From Flectonema sp. DT1601 (lineage: Eukaryota): DNA of 64,000 nt. A program made the translations under genes and the position numbers. The stretch covers positions 372,001 to 436,000 of the forward strand of contig OZ025802.1 of the NCBI GenBank assembly GCA_964019425.1, read 5' to 3'. The notes beneath the pieces were generated by a model. That model was not told the DNA's origin and did not search any database. It saw only the letters and a list, made by a program, of their open reading frames with translations. Of the stretch, positions 43,920 to 53,222 are shown in pieces (the first letter of the stretch is position 1; each line of letters opens with the position of its first letter).

Positions 43920-46900
43920 ATGGAGAAAACAATGTTACTGTGTGGGTACGTGCTGCTGTGGGCACTACTAAGTGGAACGAGGGCGCAACAGACGTCCGGA
44001 GTGGGTAAGCAGAGGTTAGCCCCAGTGCCAGGCGGATGGCACACCCCTCTATTCACAACGCTGGACAAAGGCCCACTGTTTTCATCGCGCATCAGCCGAC
44101 GCGTAACACGCCCGATCCCCCCGCACCCATTTGTAACCCCCAACAGCTCAAACAGCCCCAACAATACGGCAAGCGGACGCGCTTTCCAACATGGACGAGA
44201 GGGGGTGTGGGTCCCGTGGAGGGGAACGGAAACGGCCGGGAACCGGGTGAGGCGAGACCACCCAAAGCCACCTCCAGACAAGGGAGGAAGGGAGCTCCTG
44301 AAGAGGGCGTCCCCGAAAGTGGCGTCCAAGGCGGCAAGGCGGCTGGAAAGGAGGAGGAGGAAGCTGCTGAAGGAACGGCAGGAGAGGTGGGAGCGGTGGG
44401 TGGGAGAGTTGGAGAAGTTCCACGCCAGGCGAGAGAGATTCCGCGCGGAGACAGAGAGGCCAAGGAAGAACAAGGCGGAGACACCGAAGAAGCGACGGGC
44501 AGGGCCCGAAAGGGACTGGACAAAGCCAGGAGGGCACAAGGCGGAGCCCAGACCATGGTATGCGAGGCCGTCAGACCTGGCAGGAGGAGGGCAAAGCAAG
44601 GAGAGGACGAAGTGCCCGGTGGTGGGGTGCAGCGTCTGGGTGAGGGGTGACCTAGAGTACCACTTCAAACAACACCTGAAGGGAGTGGTACCGGGGGAGG
44701 TAACGGCCCAGATGGCTTCCGACAGACTCGGAAAGCAGATCTGCAAGGCCTGCGGGGAGCTGAGTACCGGATTGGTGCACCAGACAGTGAGGTGTCGGGA
44801 GATGTTGGACCTCAAGGGACGGCTGGGGGTAGCGACGGGACCCGCGCCGGAACTGGCAAGCCTGAAGTGCGAGGGAGCAAAAGTATTTCGGGTGATTGGG
44901 GATGGGAATTGCCTGTTCAGGAGTGTGTGCCAACTCCTAGAGACGCCAGAGGGGTGGAAGGGCAGACATGGAGAGCTCCGCAGGAGAACGGCAGGGTGCC
45001 TGACCAAGAACAGGGAAAGGTTCGAGGTCTTCTTCCAGGACGCGGACGCATTCGGAGTATATGCGAGGGCGTTAGAAGAGGATGGATGCTGGGGCGATGC
45101 GTTGGCCCTACAGGTCATGGCAGAGGACCTACAGTGCCGCTTCGTCGTCGTGGTGAGGACGGAAACGCTGGTGGTGGAAGGGCCATCGGACCCGAAGCAG
45201 ACGCTGGTCTTGACCCTGCAGAACGGGTGTCACTACGACCCAGTGGAGGCATCCGAGGACTGCGTCGCGCGGCTGCTACAGAGCGCCCGGAGGTTGGAGT
45301 TAGTGTCGCCAGGCCCGCTGTCGCAAGCAGCAGGAGGCGAGCCGGCAGTGCTGCAGACAGCCTCCCGACAGGCCCAGCTGCACGAGTGCCCCCAAGCGGA
45401 GTGCCCGAAACACAAGGGAGGCTTCGAGGAGTGGGCGGAGCTCCTAAGACACGTGGACGAGCACGCATTCAGTGGCAACCCGCTGACGCATGGACAGTTG
45501 GCGAGGCTAGGCCTCCGGGAATGTCCGGTGTGCTGTGGGATCATCGGGCAGGACCAGCCGATGCATCCGGGGTGCAGTGAGAAACTGCAGAAGGTCCAAC
45601 TGGGGGACGTGTACACGGCGTTCCGGAAGCGGGTGCTGGAGAGCCAGAGCTTCCCCTCATTGGAGGAAATAGCCAGCAGGAGGAGGCCGATAGCGAAGAA
45701 GCTGCCGGTGCCCCTGTTGCACCATTTGGGGCGAGCACTCAAGCTGGCGCTTGACCTAGTCGTGGAGCGGAACGATGAGTGGGCATGGAAGCTGCTCTTG
45801 ATGCTCCCGACTTGTACACTGCGGAGGATACGGAGGGGGGGTAGGAGGTTGTCGACCAGCAATCTGACAGGGGCTGTCGACGACCTGCAAGCATGGATTC
45901 GGGGGGATTTTGAGGGACTGTGGAAAGCGGCGGCCCCCCGCAAGGCGACGGGAAGGCCAGCAGTGAAAGAGGCGGGGCAAAAAGGAAGGAACGACAGGGC
46001 CACGTCGCTAGCGAGGGAGGGTTGCCTGTCACAGGCGATCTCGGCCCTAGACGCGCCGCCGCCAGCAGAACGAACCGAGAAGGTGCTGGAGCAGATGCGC
46101 ACCCTACACCCGAGGGCGAGCGGACCCCCATCGGCCACGGCAGGGCAGGAGGTGCAGATAGCAGAGGTGGAGCTGCTAGCATGCCTACGCTCCTTCCACA
46201 GGGGGTCGAGTGGAGGGCCTTCGGGCCTCGCGCCGCAACACCTGAAGGACGTGGTGGAGCGGGGTGAGGTGCCGGGGCTGGTAGCCTCGATCACGGAGGT
46301 GGTGAGGATTCTGGCGAACGGGAGGGCGCCGCGGGAAGTAGCGCCGCTGCTGGCGGGGGCGAACCTGACGGCGCTGGAGAAAGAAGGGAAGCCGGGGGAG
46401 CACCGGCCAGTCGCGGTGGGGGAAACATGGAGGCGGCTGGTGGCGAAGATCCTGTGCGGGGCATACAGGTCCCAGGCGAGGAGCTCGTTGCTAGAAGTGA
46501 GACAGCTGGGAGTAGCGGTGTCGGGGGGAGTGGAGGCGGCGGTGCACACCCGGCATGAGTTCCGCGCGGAGCACGCGCTCTCGTCACAGAAAGTGTTCGT
46601 GAAGATAGACTTCTCGAACGCCTTCAACTGCGTGAAGAGGGGGGCGTTCCTGGATTCGACGAGGGATACCCTGCTGGAGAGCTGGGTCAGCTGGTGTTAC
46701 GGAGCGCCGACGTGGTTGCTGTTTGGGGACGAGAGGCTGAGCTCGGAGGAGGGCGCTCAGCAGGGGGATCCGTTGGGTCCCTTGCTGTTCTCGTTGGCAA
46801 TCAAGCCGGCGCTGCAGAAGGTGTTGGAGGCGAAGCCGGAGTTGGCGTGCTTCTACCTGGACGATGGGCTGGTGGCGGGCACCCTGGAACAGGTAGACAA

Positions 46901-49900
46901 GGCCCTCCAAATCCTGCAGAAGGAGACGGCGGAGCTGGGGCTGACGCTGAGGCCGGACAAGTGCCAGACGCACGTGCTCGACTCAGCCCAGAACACCCTG
47001 CCCTTGGGGTGGGGGTTGGAAGGGATGAGACCCCCACTGTACAACGGGGACTTCCTGGGGGCACCGTTCGGGACGGAGGAACACTGCCAGGAGTTCGTCG
47101 ACAGGAAGGTGGCGCAGCTGGAGAAGAAAGCGGAGCTGCTAGCAGACCTGCAGGACCGGCAGGTGGCCATGGTGCTCCTAAGGCAATGCATGGGCTTCTG
47201 CAAGGTGACCCACCTGATGCGATGCTGCACGCATGGGAAAATGGACACCTCGATGCGGAAGGTGGACGAGCTGATGAGGTCCACGGCGAGCCGAGTGTTG
47301 GGCCTGACACTGGAGGGGCCAAAGTGGATGCAAGCACAACTGCCGACCCGGATGGGGGGATTGGGGCTGCGGTCATGTGCAGAGCACAGGGGAGCAGCAC
47401 TATTGGGATCCCTGGAATTAGTCCAAGGGGTGAGCAAGTCACTGTGGGAGGGGTTCAAGGGGGTGCTGATGCCAGCACTGAAGAAGGGGTTGAACCTCGC
47501 CCTCCCGGAGGAGCTAAGGATAGAAGAAGACGGGCCGGGGCCGAACCCCCAGAGGCTGTCCTCGGCGAAACTGGACCAGGTCAAGAGAGACTGCCTGCTG
47601 GCGGGGGCGAATGACCCGCGCGATAAAGGGAGGCTGCTCTCCCTGCGCATGGATAAGGCGAGCGCATGGCTGCAACAAGCAGATGAAGAGTGCGCGATGG
47701 ACCCAGAGACGTTCAGGATCGCATGTGGGATGCGATTGGGCGCAGCGCTGTTCGCGGAAGGGGCAGTATGCAGGATATGCTCAGGCCCACAGGATAGGCA
47801 GGGATACCATGCCTCAATCTGTATCAAAAACGGCCACGTGCACCAGCGACACGAGAGGGTGAAGGAGGAGTTCATCTCCATCTTTAAGCAGGCGGGATTG
47901 CCGCTGCTGAGAGAACCCAGCCACCTACTGGGACCCAACAAGCAGAGACCGGGGGACTGGTACTGCCAAGAGGGGCTGAGGGAGGGGAGAGGCAGAGCCT
48001 TCGACATCACAGTGGTAAACCCGGGGAAAATTAAATTGTATAAAACCCCGGGGCAAGCCGCGAGAGAAGCAGAGTCCCTGAAAGGGAACAAGTACGCGGA
48101 GCAGTGCACGAAACACGGGATTAATTTCTCGACAATTGCGCTGGAAGCGTACGGAGGGATGGGACGGGAAGCAGTGGGGACCCTGAAGAAGTTGGTGCAG
48201 ATCTGCGCAACGAACTCGACGGTGCCACACCGGGAGATCGCGGGGGAGATGGCGAGGAGGATCTCGACATCGGTGGTAGTGGCGACGGCGGAAGCACTGA
48301 GAGCGAGGGAGGCGTCGGTGGCGATGGACTCAGTGAACCCATTGCCAAGGACGAAACCGCCGCCCGAGATGACGGAGAAGCCGACATCACAAGAGAGAGA
48401 ACCAAGACCGAGAGCGGAAACGGAAGAGATCCAGCAGCCGGAAGTAATGCGACAGTCGGCAGGACCGCCCCCGACGATGAGAGGTTTGCCGAACATCGGG
48501 AACTCCTGCTACCTCGACGCGTCCGTACAGTGCCTGCTGAAGGGCACGGCACTGACACAAGTGCTGACGGGGAAGGAGGAAGTGGGGATGTCGGGCCTCC
48601 TGAGTGGAGTGGTCAAAGGGAGTGGGGAGTGCCTGGAGAAGCTGTCCGAGATGTTCGACCCGCTACAAGACAGGCGGCAGGGGGAGGTAGTAGGAACCCT
48701 GACGTCCATAGTAGACGCCCTGTTGGAGGAGAAGAAAGAGGTGTGCGAACCGTTGTTCTCGGCAGTACAGCTGAAACAGCTGGTCTGCACGGGTTGTGCG
48801 GACGCCTCCGGATCGACGGATGAGTTGACGCTGATCCCACTGAGTGGCCGTACACCACAAGTGAGGCTTCAGCCGACGAAGGAGAGAGTCGAGCGGTCCT
48901 GCGAGAAGCTGTGCGGCAGCAATGAGGCCACGCTGGAAGAGAGTTTCGCCTCGCTCCCAAGCTCCTTGATCTTCCAGAGAGACAAGCAGGACACGCAAGG
49001 GTCCTTGGGATGGGAAGAGCGCTTCCAGGTGCAGGTCGGGGAGAGGGTGATGACGTACCAGCAAACGGGAGCGATCGCGCACCTCGGGAGTGACAACGCG
49101 GGGCATTACGTGTCATACACGTGGGACGGAGTAGGCTGGCAGAAGCAAGACGACAAGGCAATAAGCCAAGTGTCGACAGAGGAGATCCACGGGACGAAAC
49201 CAGTAGTAGTGGTCTACTCGAGGGTGGAGGGATCGACCCAAGAGGACGTCGGGGTGCCGGTGAGATGGATTCCGGTGGCGAACAAGGACCGGATGGAGGT
49301 ACGCGAGGCACCGCCGTCGGAGGAGGACACCGCGGGGTACACGTCCAGGGAAGAGGCGGAGTGTGTCCTCCGGACGCGAGTAGTAGGGGGGCAGACGCAG
49401 CGCAAGCTGCTCTTACTGGTATCGAGCGTCTGGAACGCGGAGATGGAGAAGCTGGGGGCGGCAGCATGCCTGATACACATGGGAACGCTCGACAGGAGGT
49501 TCACGTGGTCGGGCTGCCTACCGACATGGGACGAAGCGACTGCGGAGTACGTGGCAGCGCTGCTAGGGCTCAACGCGATCAGGGAGAGATCGCAACTGCT
49601 GGGGGGTGAGACACAGATCGAGGTGGTCATACCGCAGCAGGGGTGGGGAGCCGAGCAGCAGGAGGCGCTGAAGTTGGTAGCGCTCCCGTCGGTGATAGAA
49701 CACCAGGTGACGGAAAGCTCACGAGGGGTGGAGAACCTGGCCCTCTGGGAAGCGGAATCGGCGGCATGGGACGAGCCGGTGGAACTCTCGGAGGACGGGC
49801 TCGACTACTTGGTGATCGAGCTGGAGATGAATCTGGGGCTGTCCCAATTGAGGGGAAAGGCGGCGGAACCGGATGAATCCCAGTCGCTCCCAGGAGGGTC

Positions 49901-52442
49901 GACGGCATCAGGCGAAGACAGACCACGAGCCGAAGCGCCAGCCCAGGTGGAAGCGCAGACGACGGAAGCACAAGGAGCGGAAGCAGTAGGGCTGAGAGAC
50001 GAGCCAGCACAGGAAGTGGGACAACCCGAGGAAAAAGAGCCCCCATCCCCCGACCCCCCGTCGAAGGAGGAGAAGCTGTATGCGGTGGCGGTGGGATGGA
50101 AACCGGGAGTGTATGCATCGTGGGAGGAGGCGAAGGCACAGACGGAAGGGTGCCCGAATGCGACACACCAGAGTTTCTCCTCCAGGAAGGAGGCGGACAG
50201 GTTCGTAGAGAGGTGGCAGCCGGAGACCAGGGAACCGACCCGGGCCACGGAGGGAGTCAGCCCACGTAAGTGGTACGCAGTGGCGAGGGGCAGGGCGGTA
50301 GGCCTGTTCCAATGCTGGAACGAGGCGAACTCGATGGTGTCAGGCTACGCGGCGGCGAGACACAAGAGTTTCGCAAGCAAGGGGGAGGCGGAGGGATACC
50401 TCCGAACCCACCTGCTGGGGGAGGTGGTTGGCGAAGTAGGGACGAGGTACACCTTGGTGTACGCATGCGAGGAAGACCCGGTAACGGGCCGTCTGGGGGC
50501 GGCGGCGAGCTGGTTGGACACACACCGTTTCGAGGTGTTGGGCACATGGTCAGCTGGCCTGCCAGCGGGAGACACACACTGGGGGCGATACTTCGCAGCC
50601 CTGGTGGGGCTGGTAGCGGCCAAGGCGTGTGGAGGCCTCGTCCCAGCGGAGGCATCCCTGCTGCTGCGAGGAAGCACGACACACTGGTCGACGGACCAGA
50701 GAGAGGTGCTGGAGGAGGCGGAGTTGATGGGGAGGCGTACGACGCTGGTGGAGATGCCAGAGAGGATGAGAACACACGCGACGGAGGAGGCGGAAAAAGC
50801 GGCGAAGGAGGGCTCGACCTCAGTGACGGAAGCCGTGATGAAGGTTTTCACAGAGGGGGCAAAGAACTGCCTGGGACACGGGACACAGACGGGTCCCTTC
50901 ACGGTGCGGTGGGAGGGAAGACAACTGCGTCTGGAACCCCAGTACACAGAAGAGGGGACGGGATCGTCAGGCGGCCGAGAGTCGGTGGAAGGAGAAGACG
51001 CGAGGGTAGAGGGCCGAGACGAGCAGAGCCCGGTCCCAACCCCGAAGGGGGCCGTGCAAAGGGTAGAGGCGGGAGTCCTGGAGTTGAGCTCGGAAGGGTC
51101 GGAGGGAGATGACGATAGATCATCCTCCCCAGCGACAGGGCAGGACGAAGGGAACGGTTCCATGTCGGGAGGCTCCTTGGGGAGTCCAGGGACGTCGGAC
51201 ATGGAAGCGGAAGAACAGACGGACGAAAGGGACCAGTCAGTAGACCCGTCGGCAGCAGAGACCTCAGGCGAAAACCATCACCTGGCCGAGGACCTGCAAG
51301 CCGAGAAGGGGGACGAGCTGGACGAGACGTCCCACCACTCAGGAGAGCCACCGTCGTCAGACGGCATGGACGGAGTGGAGGGGTTGGAGGACCTGGAAGA
51401 CTCACAGTCGGAGATGGAAGTCGACGGAGATAATGTGACGGAAGGGTCAGTAGTCCAGTACGTCGAGGAGACGTCAGAGGACGTGGTCCAGGTGGCAGAG
51501 TCGGACACAGAGGAGGAGGGATCGTCAGACTCCCAAATGACCATGACGGTCGATGAACAGGAATGGGAAGAGGGAGCGGCGCCCGAGGGGAACACAGGTC
51601 AGATGGCCTGGATGCTGGGACTACACCCAGAAGGGGGGAACGCGGAAACACGACGGGAGGGCCAATCGGAGCCCCTTTCAAAGCTGGTGAACTCAGGCGA
51701 AACAAAACCAATGGCCGAGAGATCCAGTTTGGGGGCGAAGATGGGACCACGCGCAGTGGGTAGTGACGGGAGCGGGGAAGATGCAGAGAGATCGCCGGGC
51801 ACGGTGTCGACACCGAGCACGAGAGGGAGGACGAAGTACAGAAAGGGAATGGAGGAGGAGAGGGAGGAGTGTGTGTCGCCGAAGACAAATACGGGAAGGG
51901 GACGCACGAGAGGCCGGAAGGCAAAGACGGGGGCAAAGGGGGCCGGAAAGGAGGACCCAAGTCCGCAGGTGTTGCAGGCGGAAATGGGAGAGTCCACCCC
52001 GAGCTCAGGTGAACGGCAGGCGAGGAGGAGGTACAGGAAGGGAGAAGAGAGGGAGAGGATAGAGGTTCTCTCCCCAGACCCGAGCAGGAAAGCGAAGAGG
52101 AAGAGACGCAAGCAGAAGGAACCGGAGCCAGTGGAGGGCACCACGAGGGAACAGGCGCCGCGGAGTTACAACAGGAAACCCACACTGCGTCGGGTAGGTA
52201 AGGGAGACTCACCCGACACAATGGGGTACGCACACGGGCCCCCGGGCTCCCTGACCTCGTTCACGGACGCGGGCGTACGCCCGGAGCCGGCGGAACGAGA
52301 CGGACAAGGTGTGGCAGGAGCAGAGTTGGTCACAAGGTCGTCGTCACAGAGTGAGAAAAGCACCCAAGGAGAGATGAGGGAGAGAGAAGGGGATCCAACG
52401 CGAAGGGTCCTGGACTTCTCGTCGAAAGGGGGAAGGCGCTAG
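43920..52442 (+). CDS. Retrotransposon polyprotein (2840 aa): signal-like N-terminus, zinc fingers, OTU, zinc fingers, RT, CCHC-RLE, USP (C19), RNase H-like, 2x RNase H1 hybrid-binding domain, RNase H-like, acidic/basic tail
   Basis: OTU GDGNCLFRS/WGD/HY (~44885-45240); RT DFSNAFN, QQGDPLGP, YLDD, QLPTRMGGLGL (~46000-47400); CRIC..H...C, RHE, RPGD, FDITV, KGNKY (~47770-48150); USP GLPNIGNSCYL, AHLG..GHY, QDD (~48480-49220); YAVAVGWKPGVYASW and WYAVARGRAVGLFQCW (~50075-50410). First ATG at 43920. Confidence 0.92.
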   Translation: MEKTMLLCGYVLLWALLSGTRAQQTSGVGKQRLAPVPGGWHTPLFTTLDKGPLFSSRISRRVTRPIPPHPFVTPNSSNSPNNTASGRAFQHGREGVWVPWRGTETAGNRVRRDHPKPPPDKGGRELLKRASPKVASKAARRLERRRRKLLKERQERWERWVGELEKFHARRERFRAETERPRKNKAETPKKRRAGPERDWTKPGGHKAEPRPWYARPSDLAGGGQSKERTKCPVVGCSVWVRGDLEYHFKQHLKGVVPGEVTAQMASDRLGKQICKACGELSTGLVHQTVRCREMLDLKGRLGVATGPAPELASLKCEGAKVFRVIGDGNCLFRSVCQLLETPEGWKGRHGELRRRTAGCLTKNRERFEVFFQDADAFGVYARALEEDGCWGDALALQVMAEDLQCRFVVVVRTETLVVEGPSDPKQTLVLTLQNGCHYDPVEASEDCVARLLQSARRLELVSPGPLSQAAGGEPAVLQTASRQAQLHECPQAECPKHKGGFEEWAELLRHVDEHAFSGNPLTHGQLARLGLRECPVCCGIIGQDQPMHPGCSEKLQKVQLGDVYTAFRKRVLESQSFPSLEEIASRRRPIAKKLPVPLLHHLGRALKLALDLVVERNDEWAWKLLLMLPTCTLRRIRRGGRRLSTSNLTGAVDDLQAWIRGDFEGLWKAAAPRKATGRPAVKEAGQKGRNDRATSLAREGCLSQAISALDAPPPAERTEKVLEQMRTLHPRASGPPSATAGQEVQIAEVELLACLRSFHRGSSGGPSGLAPQHLKDVVERGEVPGLVASITEVVRILANGRAPREVAPLLAGANLTALEKEGKPGEHRPVAVGETWRRLVAKILCGAYRSQARSSLLEVRQLGVAVSGGVEAAVHTRHEFRAEHALSSQKVFVKIDFSNAFNCVKRGAFLDSTRDTLLESWVSWCYGAPTWLLFGDERLSSEEGAQQGDPLGPLLFSLAIKPALQKVLEAKPELACFYLDDGLVAGTLEQVDKALQILQKETAELGLTLRPDKCQTHVLDSAQNTLPLGWGLEGMRPPLYNGDFLGAPFGTEEHCQEFVDRKVAQLEKKAELLADLQDRQVAMVLLRQCMGFCKVTHLMRCCTHGKMDTSMRKVDELMRSTASRVLGLTLEGPKWMQAQLPTRMGGLGLRSCAEHRGAALLGSLELVQGVSKSLWEGFKGVLMPALKKGLNLALPEELRIEEDGPGPNPQRLSSAKLDQVKRDCLLAGANDPRDKGRLLSLRMDKASAWLQQADEECAMDPETFRIACGMRLGAALFAEGAVCRICSGPQDRQGYHASICIKNGHVHQRHERVKEEFISIFKQAGLPLLREPSHLLGPNKQRPGDWYCQEGLREGRGRAFDITVVNPGKIKLYKTPGQAAREAESLKGNKYAEQCTKHGINFSTIALEAYGGMGREAVGTLKKLVQICATNSTVPHREIAGEMARRISTSVVVATAEALRAREASVAMDSVNPLPRTKPPPEMTEKPTSQEREPRPRAETEEIQQPEVMRQSAGPPPTMRGLPNIGNSCYLDASVQCLLKGTALTQVLTGKEEVGMSGLLSGVVKGSGECLEKLSEMFDPLQDRRQGEVVGTLTSIVDALLEEKKEVCEPLFSAVQLKQLVCTGCADASGSTDELTLIPLSGRTPQVRLQPTKERVERSCEKLCGSNEATLEESFASLPSSLIFQRDKQDTQGSLGWEERFQVQVGERVMTYQQTGAIAHLGSDNAGHYVSYTWDGVGWQKQDDKAISQVSTEEIHGTKPVVVVYSRVEGSTQEDVGVPVRWIPVANKDRMEVREAPPSEEDTAGYTSREEAECVLRTRVVGGQTQRKLLLLVSSVWNAEMEKLGAAACLIHMGTLDRRFTWSGCLPTWDEATAEYVAALLGLNAIRERSQLLGGETQIEVVIPQQGWGAEQQEALKLVALPSVIEHQVTESSRGVENLALWEAESAAWDEPVELSEDGLDYLVIELEMNLGLSQLRGKAAEPDESQSLPGGSTASGEDRPRAEAPAQVEAQTTEAQGAEAVGLRDEPAQEVGQPEEKEPPSPDPPSKEEKLYAVAVGWKPGVYASWEEAKAQTEGCPNATHQSFSSRKEADRFVERWQPETREPTRATEGVSPRKWYAVARGRAVGLFQCWNEANSMVSGYAAARHKSFASKGEAEGYLRTHLLGEVVGEVGTRYTLVYACEEDPVTGRLGAAASWLDTHRFEVLGTWSAGLPAGDTHWGRYFAALVGLVAAKACGGLVPAEASLLLRGSTTHWSTDQREVLEEAELMGRRTTLVEMPERMRTHATEEAEKAAKEGSTSVTEAVMKVFTEGAKNCLGHGTQTGPFTVRWEGRQLRLEPQYTEEGTGSSGGRESVEGEDARVEGRDEQSPVPTPKGAVQRVEAGVLELSSEGSEGDDDRSSSPATGQDEGNGSMSGGSLGSPGTSDMEAEEQTDERDQSVDPSAAETSGENHHLAEDLQAEKGDELDETSHHSGEPPSSDGMDGVEGLEDLEDSQSEMEVDGDNVTEGSVVQYVEETSEDVVQVAESDTEEEGSSDSQMTMTVDEQEWEEGAAPEGNTGQMAWMLGLHPEGGNAETRREGQSEPLSKLVNSGETKPMAERSSLGAKMGPRAVGSDGSGEDAERSPGTVSTPSTRGRTKYRKGMEEEREECVSPKTNTGRGRTRGRKAKTGAKGAGKEDPSPQVLQAEMGESTPSSGERQARRRYRKGEERERIEVLSPDPSRKAKRKRRKQKEPEPVEGTTREQAPRSYNRKPTLRRVGKGDSPDTMGYAHGPPGSLTSFTDAGVRPEPAERDGQGVAGAELVTRSSSQSEKSTQGEMREREGDPTRRVLDFSSKGGRR

Positions 52443-53183
52443 GGACTCCACGAAGGAGGTCTCAAGAGTCGAGGAAAAGACAGAGCCAAGACCCCAGAGC
52501 CAACCCAAAACACATGGTAGAGGACGAGGGAGAACAAGAGCGGGAGCGAGGTTAGAAACGTGACCAAAGCCCCCGCGAAGCAGGAGACACAACCTGCAAC
52601 CAGACCCCCCCAAAAGAAAAAAAACCCCGGTCAACGAGGCAAACTCGGACCAAAACATGCTTTTCACCCCCCCCAGGAAACACCGACCAGTGGAGCCAAA
52701 GGCCGCACACATATTATAAAAATCAAAGGCCGCCCCCCAACCCAAGAAAAGGATGAAAAACTTTCAAGCGAAAAAACTTGACGTCCGTACGCCCCAGAGA
52801 TCAAAGGACGGACGACTCACACCCCCTTCTTTCGCCCCATTTTATTTACTGGTACAGCGACAAATGTAAAGCTGGGTAGACGACGAATTATCTTTTGTGC
52901 ACAGAGACAAGGGATCCATGAGAACAAAGGATCAAGAGAAGAAGGGCACATTCCCCATCCCAAAACCAGAAACATGAGAACTCATTAAATTGAAGGGTCA
53001 TGTCTTTTCAAGTCGAAAAATGCTTAAATGCTAAAGAAGACTGTCGTCCCCAGCTCGCGGGTTTTCCCTGTCGCTGTATGTCGAGACAACGATCAGAGTC
53101 AGAAGAAGGATTGTACTAATTAACAGTATAATGAAAAAGGACAAAGAGAGTAGTTTCCATTTTATCTTCCCGAATATAAAAAA

Positions 53184-53222
53184 AACCAACGATTCTAAAG
53201 CTACAGTTTCTGTACTTTATTG
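53184..53222 (+). other. Spliced-leader sequence, retroposed copy 2
   Basis: Identical 39-mer, preceded by the oligo(A) tail of copy A and followed by repeat X. Confidence 0.93.

Larger units (their letters stand above)
41941..53183 (+). mobile_element. Full-length SL-headed CRE-like (RLE-type) non-LTR retrotransposon, copy A (~11.2 kb)
   Basis: Unit repeats from 53184; ~2-kb 5' region, single 8.5-kb ORF, ~740-nt 3'UTR ending AATATAAAAAA. Confidence 0.88.

Noticed and set aside
47510..47550. 2A-like ribosomal skip motif (RIEEDGPGP)
   Set aside because: Lacks the D(V/I)ExNPGP consensus and lies inside the RT-RLE linker.
52443..52781. Stop-codon readthrough or ORF2 after the polyprotein
   Set aside because: The in-frame continuation hits another stop after ~25 codons; the 73-aa GTG-started ORF has no recognisable motif.
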